From NCBI GenBank assembly GCA_018238155.1, contig JABCTZ010000006.1, positions 64,001 to 128,000 of the forward strand: DNA of 64,000 nt. The letters are read 5' to 3'. The DNA is from Candidatus Heimdallarchaeota archaeon. Lineage in GTDB: Archaea > Asgardarchaeota > Heimdallarchaeia > JABLTI01. The notes beneath the pieces are model-generated. The model searched no databases. It was not told the DNA's origin and saw nothing but the letters and a program-made list of their open reading frames with translations. Positions 1 through 11,148 of the stretch are shown piece by piece. The position numbers were made by a program, and so were the translations under genes. Within the stretch, counting starts at the first letter, position 1. The number at the start of each line of letters is the position of its first letter.

Positions 1-82
1 ACAAATGAGGTACATTTACAGATACGAATAAGTAGAGTGATTTGATAAGAAATTAATAGAATCACATCTGGAGCGAATAAAA

Positions 83-1729
83 ATGCCTGAAATAGGTCTT
101 GGAGAATTCGATGATCAAGAAGTATTGAAGAAATCACTTGAGATATTTGAAAAAAAGAAAAAAGAAATTCAAGATCACATTCTTGAAAGAACAGCAGTCG
201 TTCCAGATGAAACTTTAACAGAACTTGAAAAACAATTCAATATTTCCACAGAATTAGCGAAAGCTGTTTTCGTACTAGAGTTTGAGTATCACATTCCAAG
301 GGAACTTTCTGCAAATCACTATAAAGCTGAAATGAAAAGACTGACACAAGCACAATATGAATTGCCTGATATCTACTCTTTTAGAGTAAGATTTTCAATG
401 GAAGAAGGTTTTTGGATTAAATATCTAGTAGTGGACCTTCCAAAAAAACTTGAGCAAAAAATGCTCAAATTGAAAAAAATCTATTGTTCTCTATTTGGCG
501 ATCTTGCTGCAGACAAAGAAGATGCAGCTGTATATATTATTGAAAGAGCTTTTATTTGCAGTGAGATAGTAAGACCAATTATCCATTCTTGGATGAAAGA
601 GCATCATCGAGCAAAGTATTCTGATTGTGTTGAAATTTTCTTGTGCAGCATCTCTCGAAAAGCGAGAGAAAAGTGTTTACTGTTAGTTGAAGAAATTAGC
701 AATAGATTTCATTCACAGATTGATTCATTAAGAAGTATCATTACTGAAATTAGACCACAAGGATGGATATTGAATGCAAAAGAAGAGTATAATAAACTTT
801 CAGAGAAATTGCTTCTATTCGATAAAGAAAATTATCTTGATTGGCGCTTGACTGCAGAAATCATCTTAGAAATAATGTTGTTTAGGGAATTTGATGGATC
901 AACAAAGGAAGAATCAGTTTTTCTAGTTAAAGAAATGCCGAAACAGAAAGAAAATATTGTCACTGAAATGATGGTCACAAAAAAAGAAAAATTCATCACA
1001 GATGATATTTCGGTGATTCTTACAAAAATAATTGAATTACCAGAAAATGATCAAAAGCAGCTGATCGTAGAAATGGTACAAGAAAGCTATGATTTTGCTA
1101 TAATTAAAAATCGTACAAAGCCAGCTATTTTCTCTAAGGTCTTTCTAGAAAGGATTATGGCAGAACTAATGGTTAGAAGTAATGAAATAACCAAAATAAC
1201 AAAGAAATTTGATATCCAACTAATGTTTCGCTTGTCTCCCGCAGGAGGAAAAGATCGTCGAAATTTAGATCTAGATGAAAAAATAACGGAATTACTTGAA
1301 GAATTTGTGGTGGATATTTTAAAAAGAAGAGATGAGCTAAAAATCGTTTCAACAGAAAAAACAATGAAAACAGCCGTTGAACCATCTCATGAAGAAATCG
1401 AAAAAAACTCTGAAGTGCACTCTGCAATAAAAAATCAAAGAGCAGGAAAAATAAAGGATTCAACTGAAAAGGAATTATGGCTATTTGTAAGAGATGAATA
1501 CTTGAAAGAATTATTTGATAGTGAGAAGGAACTAGTTGCCGGGGCAAAAATTTTAAAGAAATATTCACTTGATCTGGGATTATTAATGACAGAGGGAGAA
1601 GCAATATCATATTTAACCTCTGAACTCGAAAAAAGGGGTTTTTCTTTTGAAAACTCAAGCAAAGAAGATATTGATTCAAATTTGTGCAAAAGCATTTTCA
1701 GGCAGTTGAAAGAATTGAGAAAGTATTAA
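83..1729 (+). CDS. hypothetical helical protein (548 aa)
   Basis: Long ORF with GGAG upstream; E/K-rich; no motif recognised. Confidence 0.75.
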   Translation: MPEIGLGEFDDQEVLKKSLEIFEKKKKEIQDHILERTAVVPDETLTELEKQFNISTELAKAVFVLEFEYHIPRELSANHYKAEMKRLTQAQYELPDIYSFRVRFSMEEGFWIKYLVVDLPKKLEQKMLKLKKIYCSLFGDLAADKEDAAVYIIERAFICSEIVRPIIHSWMKEHHRAKYSDCVEIFLCSISRKAREKCLLLVEEISNRFHSQIDSLRSIITEIRPQGWILNAKEEYNKLSEKLLLFDKENYLDWRLTAEIILEIMLFREFDGSTKEESVFLVKEMPKQKENIVTEMMVTKKEKFITDDISVILTKIIELPENDQKQLIVEMVQESYDFAIIKNRTKPAIFSKVFLERIMAELMVRSNEITKITKKFDIQLMFRLSPAGGKDRRNLDLDEKITELLEEFVVDILKRRDELKIVSTEKTMKTAVEPSHEEIEKNSEVHSAIKNQRAGKIKDSTEKELWLFVRDEYLKELFDSEKELVAGAKILKKYSLDLGLLMTEGEAISYLTSELEKRGFSFENSSKEDIDSNLCKSIFRQLKELRKY

Positions 1730-1741
1730 AGATGATTTTTT

Positions 1742-1879
1742 TTATCTGTCCTCGAAAATTGAAAATGTTTTACTCGATGTTTTTTGATTCACAGTATCGG
1801 ATTGATTGCTAGCAATAACCTCTTTCTTACGATGGCTTCGGTTCAAGTTTTCAGCCCAAAAATCTAGTTCAATTGGCAT
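1742..1879 (-). CDS. small hypothetical protein (45 aa, MPIELDFWAENLNRSHRK...)
   Basis: Read by hand: ATG at 1879 to TAA at 1742, with AAGGT upstream; below the ORF-track cutoff. Confidence 0.4.
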   Translation of the reverse strand: MPIELDFWAENLNRSHRKKEVIASNQSDTVNQKTSSKTFSIFEDR

Positions 1880-2284
1880 TCTTTTTCTTTACCTTCTCAA
1901 GATTAGTTTGTAGTGAAAGAATATTTCAGTAATTCAATAAAAACAACTGCAATATCGGGATAGTTACCCCAATATTAGCCTTTAAAAGAATTTGGAGAGG
2001 AAAAATAAACAAAAAGAAGGGTCTTCATAGCGACAAAAACACTGATGCTTTTTCCCACAAAGCATAAAAAGAATCAATAAAACGTACAATTAGAAACTAA
2101 TTTGTCTTCAAATCTAGAAAAGCTATTTGAAGTTGCTTGTGTAAAAATATGCTCTTTGTTTGACCACTCAGAAGGACGGCTAGAACAGAAAACGCTACAA
2201 GATAAACAAGCACTTGGTACTGATAGATTTTGAAGGAAATGGATTACAGATTAAATAATTGATAGTAGGGTAGATGATAGAACA

Positions 2285-3517
2285 ATGTCAAATATAGAAG
2301 ATTTCACAAAAGAATTAGAAATTTCTACATTCTCAAAACCAATTCTAAAAGAAATGGGGATAAAGTCAATCTTCTTAGTTACATTTGATATTATTCTAGG
2401 ACCAATAGCTTATGTCAATACATTGACACCTGAAAAAAGTGAATACCTTGAATTCTTGGAAAATCTAGCGCATCTAGGAGAATTTTATACTGGGATATCA
2501 CACGCTCAAATTGATAAAGTAACAACAAGAACCGGAGAAGAGATGATAGTTGGACGCGCAACAAGAAAAGTAAATGAAATGGAATTAATTGATATTGCTG
2601 TAGCTATAGTAGACTCAACAGAATATCAAAATGAAATTGTTAAGATGCTGAAATTCGTAGTTCGTACTTCATATGGTAATCCAAAGAACTTTTGTGATTT
2701 ATTAGACAGAGTACTGCTAGAATATCAAGACCTCGGAAAGAAAAATGCCAAGGCTGGAAAATTCGCTGTATATAAAGACACATCAAAAGCAAAAGTGACA
2801 AATATAGCAAAGATATATCACAATTGGAAAGGCGTGCTCTTCATAGATTTTGAAAAAGATAACGTAAACAGCTCATTTATGCCTGATTGGATTGAAGCAA
2901 GCAAAATAAATTCACAGGAAATAGCACAAAAAACAAGAAATATGTACGCAGAAGGAGTTATCCTTCCAAGATCAAAACAAATTTTTTCGATGGTAAGCAT
3001 AAAGGGTAAACAAGTAATTGCCGTATCAACAAATAATTCACGGTTTGTAACAATAATATATCCCACAGCAGACGGAATGACAAAAATATCAACTATAGCA
3101 GAAAATATGGATATTATTAACGAAGCTTTGAGCGAAGTAGGAATGCAAGTCAATACAGAAGCAATGAAAAGTACTCTTGAAATGATCGATAAAAGAATAA
3201 GAGTAAATGACACAAGTGCATTAATGAAAGAAGTAATTGTTCTAATGTTGAGAGCAGAAGAGCTGATGCCAAAGAACAAGATACAACAAAAAGAATTCGA
3301 AACATTTCAAGGAGGAATACAAAAGAAATATTTCAAAGGATTAAGAAAAGCATTCGAAGAATTTGATGGCACAAAAACAATACTAGAAATTGCTCGAAAA
3401 GCAAATGTTAGTTTGGATAAAATGGCTGATTTTGTGTCGTTTTGTATGACAAGGGGAATTGTACAAGTTTTTACTAAAAATGGCCGAACAAGAACACCTG
3501 AAAGGAAAATTGTCTAA
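2285..3517 (+). CDS. longin/uDENN-like protein with C-terminal winged helix (NPRL2-like architecture)
   Basis: N-terminal SIFLVTFDIILGP resembles the F-D-x-x-x-G-P first hairpin of longin/uDENN domains; C-terminal FDGTKTILEIARKANVS...RGIV is wHTH-like. Confidence 0.5.
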   Translation: MSNIEDFTKELEISTFSKPILKEMGIKSIFLVTFDIILGPIAYVNTLTPEKSEYLEFLENLAHLGEFYTGISHAQIDKVTTRTGEEMIVGRATRKVNEMELIDIAVAIVDSTEYQNEIVKMLKFVVRTSYGNPKNFCDLLDRVLLEYQDLGKKNAKAGKFAVYKDTSKAKVTNIAKIYHNWKGVLFIDFEKDNVNSSFMPDWIEASKINSQEIAQKTRNMYAEGVILPRSKQIFSMVSIKGKQVIAVSTNNSRFVTIIYPTADGMTKISTIAENMDIINEALSEVGMQVNTEAMKSTLEMIDKRIRVNDTSALMKEVIVLMLRAEELMPKNKIQQKEFETFQGGIQKKYFKGLRKAFEEFDGTKTILEIARKANVSLDKMADFVSFCMTRGIVQVFTKNGRTRTPERKIV

Positions 3518-3672
3518 GTAAAAACAGTAACAAACAAACAATAAATTGAAAATAAGACTTATTTTTGATAAAAAAATTCACAAACAAAATAGCGATACAT
3601 TCTTTTGTATTGAATAAAAGAGGCTATTACTTCACAAAATGAAGCGATAGAATAAATGAATAAATAAGTTGG

Positions 3673-3972
3673 GTGTGTGTGAAATTGACAATGCAATATG
3701 TAGTTAAGAAAATGGCAAAAATACATTGTGCAAAAGGACCAAAGGGCTGCAAGAAATGTCAAGAATATGTGAAAGAGATAAGATATGCATTATTGGATAC
3801 CAATCCACAAGAAAATGAATTAGCAGCAAGACCAATGATAGAGTTGGAAATAGCTAGCGGCGAAAAAATTTGGGTAACTTTTGACATAATAGCCTATTTT
3901 GATACATTGGATGCAGTAAAAGAATATGCAGTAAAAAAAGGCATTGAAATTGAGCAAATAATTGAAGAATAG
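3673..3972 (+). CDS. small Cys-containing hypothetical protein (start probably ATG 3712)
   Basis: ORF with HCxxxxxxCxxC. Confidence 0.6.
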   Translation: MCVKLTMQYVVKKMAKIHCAKGPKGCKKCQEYVKEIRYALLDTNPQENELAARPMIELEIASGEKIWVTFDIIAYFDTLDAVKEYAVKKGIEIEQIIEE

Positions 3973-4080
3973 AATTTATGAAGGTTTATTTGCCAAAAAG
4001 AATCAATGATCCTTCCATTCAATAAAAAACAGTAAATGTGTAAGAATATAACTAAGACATAGATCGAATAAAATGATCTA

Positions 4081-5133
4081 TCAGAAACTTAAACCAAAAA
4101 AAGAATGCTTCTCAATTTGTTGTTTAAGATCAGGTTTTATCTGTATGCAAATATCAATAACTAAAGTCATTAAATCTTCTGAAGTCTGTTTAGTAAATTT
4201 CTTGAATTGTTCACTGTCAATTTTATCATTTGAACACAATCTTAACAAGTCAATACATTTTTGAATAATATTACTCATTTCCTTTTCATATGTTGCACGA
4301 ATTTCAATTTCTGTTTTTTGCTTTCGCAAATTTTTTATCAAAGCACGAAGAATTTTGGTACTTTTTGAACCATAAACAGTTCTCTTTTCAAATGAAATAG
4401 TTGTTACATCAGCATTTTTATAATTTTTAATAGATGCCTGAGGAACGCCAATAACATTAACTGTTTGAGGAATTACATATGAGCTTGAATAGTTGATCAC
4501 TTTGTGAAAGGGAAAAGGAGTAAGTAAATTCAGAATAGAAACTGTATTAGAGGCAGATAATATATCACCACAAATGATTATTGTTTTGTAAGACAATAAG
4601 GCATATATAACGGCATCTAAATTGGATTTTATATGCTCTAGAAGAAACGTGATAGAAACATCAGTAGCGGTATTCATCTTAGTACGAAAAACAGCTAAAC
4701 TCTCTTCTGAAAACCTTTTCATTTCAGTTGAGCTTCGATCAAAAGAGGATAAAACATTATCAATTATTTTATCAATTAGTTGTTCAGCTTCATTGGAGAA
4801 GCAGTAATCTGCGTGAATCTCTTTAATTTCAAATGAAATTTTGGATGCTATTTTAGATAGAATCTGATCGATTATTTCCCTTTTAAAAGCTATATTGATA
4901 TCCTTAATAATGACAACACCAAAATACTTTCTTATTTCCATATATATTTCATGTGTTTTTGTAGCAAAGTATTTCGCTTCACCAACATCTATTGTAGATA
5001 GAAATGCCTGTATGGCTGAAATAGCTCCTGAAAAAAGAGTAGCCCTGTCAATAGATTCTTTTTCTATTGATTGCAATTTTCTGAAATATAGAGGAAGTCC
5101 ACTTCGAGAAATAATATAAACAGCATCTAGCAT
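4081..5133 (-). CDS. longin + DENN-like domain protein
   Basis: N-terminal VYIISRSGLPLY...LFSGAISAIQAF is the Asgard longin pattern; LDAVIYALLSYKTIIICGD...LLTPF resembles the cDENN core. Confidence 0.6.
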   Translation of the reverse strand: MLDAVYIISRSGLPLYFRKLQSIEKESIDRATLFSGAISAIQAFLSTIDVGEAKYFATKTHEIYMEIRKYFGVVIIKDINIAFKREIIDQILSKIASKISFEIKEIHADYCFSNEAEQLIDKIIDNVLSSFDRSSTEMKRFSEESLAVFRTKMNTATDVSITFLLEHIKSNLDAVIYALLSYKTIIICGDILSASNTVSILNLLTPFPFHKVINYSSSYVIPQTVNVIGVPQASIKNYKNADVTTISFEKRTVYGSKSTKILRALIKNLRKQKTEIEIRATYEKEMSNIIQKCIDLLRLCSNDKIDSEQFKKFTKQTSEDLMTLVIDICIQIKPDLKQQIEKHSFFGLSF

Positions 5134-5328
5134 TTTGTAAAAAACAAATTAGTATCCATTTTAAATGTTCGTTAAGATTCATGAAGGGACGATGAACGCT
5201 TCTTTTGTCGGTAGAAATGCTTTTGCCTGTGTGCTCGAATTCATCCCTAGAATGAACTTCAAGACTTGATAGCTACATAAACTGAATAAACAAAGCAGAT
5301 TGATCACTCTACTATGATGACGATTAAA

Positions 5329-5640
5329 CTATTTAACTAACATCTTATATGTTCTAAAGCTTAACAAAACCATAATTAGAACGAAAATTGCACCAAATAA
5401 ATAAACAATGGGTGTTATAATTTGATTGATAATATCAATTTCTAATATAGCACTAATTATTGCCATGATATAACCAAAAGTAAAGAAAATAACAAGAACG
5501 AAAGCAATTTTCCAATACTTTGCTATTGTAGCGCCATCAGGAAATATTGAAATGATTTTCAAAATCAGATAAAAGCAAAAGCTGAAGCTTATAATTCCGA
5601 TAGATGCTGAAATAATTGTGAATATACCTAGTAAATCCAT
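5329..5640 (-). CDS. small membrane protein (3 TM)
   Basis: Three hydrophobic segments; AAGGA upstream. Confidence 0.7.
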   Translation of the reverse strand: MDLLGIFTIISASIGIISFSFCFYLILKIISIFPDGATIAKYWKIAFVLVIFFTFGYIMAIISAILEIDIINQIITPIVYLFGAIFVLIMVLLSFRTYKMLVK

Positions 5641-5811
5641 TTTGACATCACATCCTTCTATTTGGAAATAGTTATAAATCTTTTTTTAGCACAAAAAAAA
5701 CACTTATTATAAAAGTAACAGTAAACAGATAAAAAATACTCTCTCCAGAGGAAAAATTAACAGTAAAAGTAAAGAGAAAATATTTTATTCCAACAACGGG
5801 AATAATAAACA

Positions 5812-5829
5812 TGAGGAAAGGTTTTAATA
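5812..5829 (+). promoter_or_regulatory. candidate BRE/TATA promoter of the 16S precursor
   Basis: Purine-rich GAGGAAAG followed by TTTTAATA, upstream of a structured non-coding leader. Confidence 0.4.
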
Positions 5830-6233
5830 CTACTGCTTCAAAACAAAACAAGTCAAAAGACGAAAACTCGGGATGGAACGCAAGAGAAATAAAAACTTGC
5901 AGACCATTTGCTTATTGGAGCAAAAGTTTAAAAACAAAAAACTTCACCGACAGAGATTAGTTTCTTCATGAAACTGCTCGCACCGTATATGAAGGCGACA
6001 ATCCGACTAGGAGCATACCGCTCTAGAATGACAGGTTGCAAAAATCCAAGCGAGCAAACAATGAAAAAAGAAACGAAAAATCTCAAAAAAATAAATAATA
6101 TTAAATAACAATAAATAACATCAAAAAATAATAATCATTATGTTTACTATGAGATCCCGAAATAAAACGGTTCGGGGTTGATGAAAACCAACTCGCGCTA
6201 TTATATATTACCCCCAATAGAATAAAAGCAAAA

Positions 6234-6283
6234 TTGCATGGTTAAAAGACATGTAAAGGTTGTACAAACTAATAATTCCTACT
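6234..6283 (+). other. 5' strand of the 16S pre-rRNA processing stem (BHB)
   Basis: GTTAAAAGA-CATG-TAA-AGGTTGTACAAAC (6241-6269) pairs with GTTTGTATAACCT-CATG-AAA-TCTTTTAAC (7980-8008): 4-bp helix with two 3-nt bulges; CCTACT 6278-6283 pairs with AGTAGG 7973-7978. Confidence 0.9.
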
Positions 6284-6403
6284 GTTAGAAAGCAAATATT
6301 TTTCTAGTGGAAAGTAAGATCTTGTTAATAGTAAACCCGTACACAAAAAACCCTGTTATGTTTATACCATAAATGGTCCATAACTAATCAAAAACAGGAA
6401 TCA

Positions 6404-7894
<1,491 letters not shown>

Positions 7895-8060
7895 CTGAAA
7901 TCGATTGGTCCTCAGGACCGATCTTTAGTCAATGGAGGGGAAATTAAAACCCCTTTCCAAGTTTGACTTAATAGTAGGCGTTTGTATAACCTCATGAAAT
8001 CTTTTAACTGCAGAAATAATGGGTAGAAAAAAAGCGAGTTGTGTTAGTTAGGTTGTTTTT
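7895..8060 (+). repeat. native 16S 3' trailer (repeat copy 1): two hairpins, BHB 3' strand, GCGAGTT..GTTAGGTT, T-rich tail
   Basis: Complementary to leader 6241-6283 and to CAACTCGC 6189-6196. Confidence 0.85.
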
Positions 8061-8072
8061 TTATTATTTTTT
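8051..8072 (+). terminator. T-rich terminator of the 16S transcript
   Basis: GGTTGTTTTTTTATTATTTTTT directly after the processing stem. Confidence 0.5.
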
Positions 8073-8231
8073 GATTATGAAATAAGTGTTTAAGCGTCAT
8101 TTTTCTTGTATAGTTTTCTTCTCTGTAGAACCTTTACTTTTTTTCTTAGAAAATTTGACTATTAGAGCAACAATAGCTATTTCTAGAATAACCGGGATTC
8201 CATACAGAACAAAATAGAAAATAAATGGGCG

Positions 8232-9818
8232 TTACTGTTGTTTTTTTCGAACTATGAATATGATGATAGGTATGGCAATAATTGGTATGATAACTAAAAA
8301 GGCGAAATAGCCATAATTACATTTGGTAGGTTCAACAAAAATCGCAATAAAAGCATCAGTATGATCATCAAAGAAATTACGATAAGCATTCTGCGTAGTA
8401 GGGAAATCACTTGAAAAAGTTTCACCCATTACATAGCAGCTCCCATCACTTGCAACTACAACACTGTTAGCGCGATCAGTAGAATCCCCTCCTAGGTAAG
8501 TACTCCAGAGAAGTGAACCTGATGGAGAGAACTTTGTAATAAAAGCATCATAAATACCTCCTATAGTACTATTAGAAACCCCCTGTACTGGGAAATCACT
8601 CGAGGAAGTCTCACCAACGACATAACAGCTGCCCTCACTGGAGACCGCAATATCGTAACCGCGATCCCCGTTATACCCTCCTAAGAACGTACTCCAGAGT
8701 AAGGATCCATCCTTTGCCAGTTTGACCACGAAAGCATCTCCATACCCGCCGTAGGTGTGATTATGAGCATTGTACATGGGAAAATCAGGTGACCCTGTGA
8801 ATCCAGTAATATAGCAGCTGTCATCCCCTGCTACAGCAATACCAAGAGATTCATCCCAATAACTCCCACCAAAGAAGGTACTCCAGAGTAAAGAACCATT
8901 GGAAGAGAATTTGGTTATAAAAGCATCCCAATCACCAGCATAAGTGTCGTTAATTGCATTTTGTGTGGGAAAATCAATAGAAGAAGTAAATCCTGTGATA
9001 TAACAGCTGTCATCACTTGCTACTGCAACACCATACCCCCATTCTCCACCATACTCCCCGCCCAAATAAGTACTCCAGAGGAGAGCGCCATCAGGGTCGA
9101 ATTTGGATACAAAGACATCATAACCGCCATTAAAAGTGCTATCGAATGCCTTTTCAGTGGGAAAGTTCGTGGAGGACGTCAATCCAGTAACGTAGCAACT
9201 ACCATCACTTGTTGTTGCAACACTACACCCCATATCCCAGTTATTTCCTCCTAGGTAGGTACTCCATAACAGCGTACCATTCGTAGCAAATTTACTAAGA
9301 AAGGCATCGGTAGCAACATCAATCCCACTTCCATAGGTAGCATTGTAAGCATTCTTTGTAGGAAAGTTTGAAGACCAGGTTGTCCCCGTGACGTAGCAGC
9401 TGCCATCACTCGCCACAGCTATATCATAACCATAATCTAAATCACTCCCACCAAGATAGGTACTCCAGCATAGAGTGCCATTTGCAACAAATTTGGACAC
9501 AAAAGCATCTCTACCACTATATGTATAATTGAATGCATGAAGCGTTGGGAAATCTCCTGAGGAGGTTCTTCCTGTGAGATAATAGCTGCCATCCCCTGCC
9601 ACAGCAATGCCTAAGCCAATTTCTGTTCCACCCATGCCACCAAAAAAAGTACAATACTCAAGAGTAGGCATAGCAGTCTTCTGGACTCCAAATTGAGTCT
9701 GAGGAAGTATTTGTCCACTGCCAAAATTCAGAGGAAAGGGGGAACAAAGTATTAGAATTACAAAAAGAACGCCACAAGTCCCTCTCTTGCTTCGATTGGA
9801 AAATATCGTTTGACCCAT
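8232..9818 (-). CDS. SBBP-repeat beta-propeller surface protein
   Basis: Seven repeats of WSTYLGG..D.G..IAV.SDGSCYVTG.T.S.DFP..DAF; signal peptide; C-terminal TM plus basic tail. Confidence 0.9.
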   Translation of the reverse strand: MGQTIFSNRSKRGTCGVLFVILILCSPFPLNFGSGQILPQTQFGVQKTAMPTLEYCTFFGGMGGTEIGLGIAVAGDGSYYLTGRTSSGDFPTLHAFNYTYSGRDAFVSKFVANGTLCWSTYLGGSDLDYGYDIAVASDGSCYVTGTTWSSNFPTKNAYNATYGSGIDVATDAFLSKFATNGTLLWSTYLGGNNWDMGCSVATTSDGSCYVTGLTSSTNFPTEKAFDSTFNGGYDVFVSKFDPDGALLWSTYLGGEYGGEWGYGVAVASDDSCYITGFTSSIDFPTQNAINDTYAGDWDAFITKFSSNGSLLWSTFFGGSYWDESLGIAVAGDDSCYITGFTGSPDFPMYNAHNHTYGGYGDAFVVKLAKDGSLLWSTFLGGYNGDRGYDIAVSSEGSCYVVGETSSSDFPVQGVSNSTIGGIYDAFITKFSPSGSLLWSTYLGGDSTDRANSVVVASDGSCYVMGETFSSDFPTTQNAYRNFFDDHTDAFIAIFVEPTKCNYGYFAFLVIIPIIAIPIIIFIVRKKQQ

Positions 9819-10016
9819 GATAATAACCTATTGCCTTTCTTTTAAGTATTTTATTCTTATAAGATTTATCTTGATTGAGGTTTCCTTAAATCTTTTAGTT
9901 TTGCACTTTCTTTACAATATAACCTCAAATAAAAGAAGAAACAATGAAATAAATAATGCTGTTATTTTTAAAAAAAAGATAATCCTAGCAAAGCTAGGAT
10001 TTAGTGGTAATAGTTT

Positions 10017-11015
10017 CTAGGAACCAAACCATACATAACTTGAACAGTCACTTATTTGAGCATATTGAGCATCACCAACTGGGGATTGACAGCAACTGTA
10101 AGCAATAGAGAAACCTTCGGTACCTGTAGCATCCAAATTTAATTGTGCAAAGAAGTAATGTGAAAACCTTCCTTCATAAGGTAATGGTTGGAAAAGATAA
10201 GAAAAAGCAGGTTTGTCTTCACGACTGCAGGATATAGCAAGATAAGGTGAAGCTGCAAAATCGTCCACCCAGTAACCTGAATAACATGATTCCACAACAA
10301 TACATTTACGGGGAGCCTCTAATGCATCCATATAGTCTCGAAAATCATCTGAAGAGATTGTGGTTCCATCTTCTTTAAATTTTGTATGGGAGTGTTCATT
10401 ATATGTACTTCCATGACCAAAGATATAAACAAATACGGTGTCTTGATCATGTTCGTATGCATCTATAGTATTCATTGCACTTTGAACAGCTGCAACATTT
10501 GCGCAGTCTTCGTATTTATAGAATTTCGTATATCCATGTTCTTCTTCTAGAATATCAATATAATCGTCAATATCTTGTTCCCGTCCTGCATCACTTGCCC
10601 AGAAGAAGACACCTATCTTTTCTGTTATTCCGACAAGTTCAAAATCATTTGTTCCTCCACCATAGACCGTTTCCATACCAGAATTGAAACGAGTTTTGGT
10701 TGCAGTCAAATAATAAGGTGCATTACCATTCAATGTGACACTAAATCCATAATCACCTGAACTGTCTGTTGTATCTATTCCTAGTATATTGAAATAGCAG
10801 TCAGCGAGCATTATTGTAGCACTACTTAATGGATTATCAGAACAATCTTCTACTGTTCCCTCAAAGGTTGATACACCTTGTACACTCATTATTCTCATTG
10901 TTGAAAAAAGGAGAATGATGATAGCTAAGAAACTTATTTTTTTTTCAAATATTTCATTATTAAATCTCCAATTCAAAAGTGTTGAAAGAAAATTCTTTAA
11001 CAGAGCTATTACCAA
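10017..11015 (-). CDS. secreted caspase-like (clan CD, C13/C14) peptidase with N-terminal carboxypeptidase-regulatory-like domain; start region probably frameshifted
   Basis: VFVYIFGHG (His) and IVVESCYSG (Cys) dyad; GTVED...LSSATI...TTDSSGDY. Confidence 0.75.
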   Translation of the reverse strand: MVIALLKNFLSTLLNWRFNNEIFEKKISFLAIIILLFSTMRIMSVQGVSTFEGTVEDCSDNPLSSATIMLADCYFNILGIDTTDSSGDYGFSVTLNGNAPYYLTATKTRFNSGMETVYGGGTNDFELVGITEKIGVFFWASDAGREQDIDDYIDILEEEHGYTKFYKYEDCANVAAVQSAMNTIDAYEHDQDTVFVYIFGHGSTYNEHSHTKFKEDGTTISSDDFRDYMDALEAPRKCIVVESCYSGYWVDDFAASPYLAISCSREDKPAFSYLFQPLPYEGRFSHYFFAQLNLDATGTEGFSIAYSCCQSPVGDAQYAQISDCSSYVWFGS

Positions 11016-11148
11016 TGGTGTGTAATAAAGTTACCTACATAGTATACGTTATCTTTTCTCTTTGTGAAATTTCCAGTAAGAATTCAAAAGCTTAAAGAAT
11101 TGTGAGAAAAGGAATTTTTCACTCAAATTAAAACATTGATTTACTACT

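Noticed and set aside
1980-2280. RNase P or SRP RNA in the long intergenic region
   Set aside because: Only short stems (AAGTTGCTTGT/ACAAGCACTT, ATGCTTT/AAAGCAT); the conserved GAGGAAAGTCC and SRP helix-8 motifs are absent.
8300-9700. Internal DNA repeats (TACTCCAGAG etc.) as a repeat element
   Set aside because: They are the coding repeats of the SBBP propeller blades.
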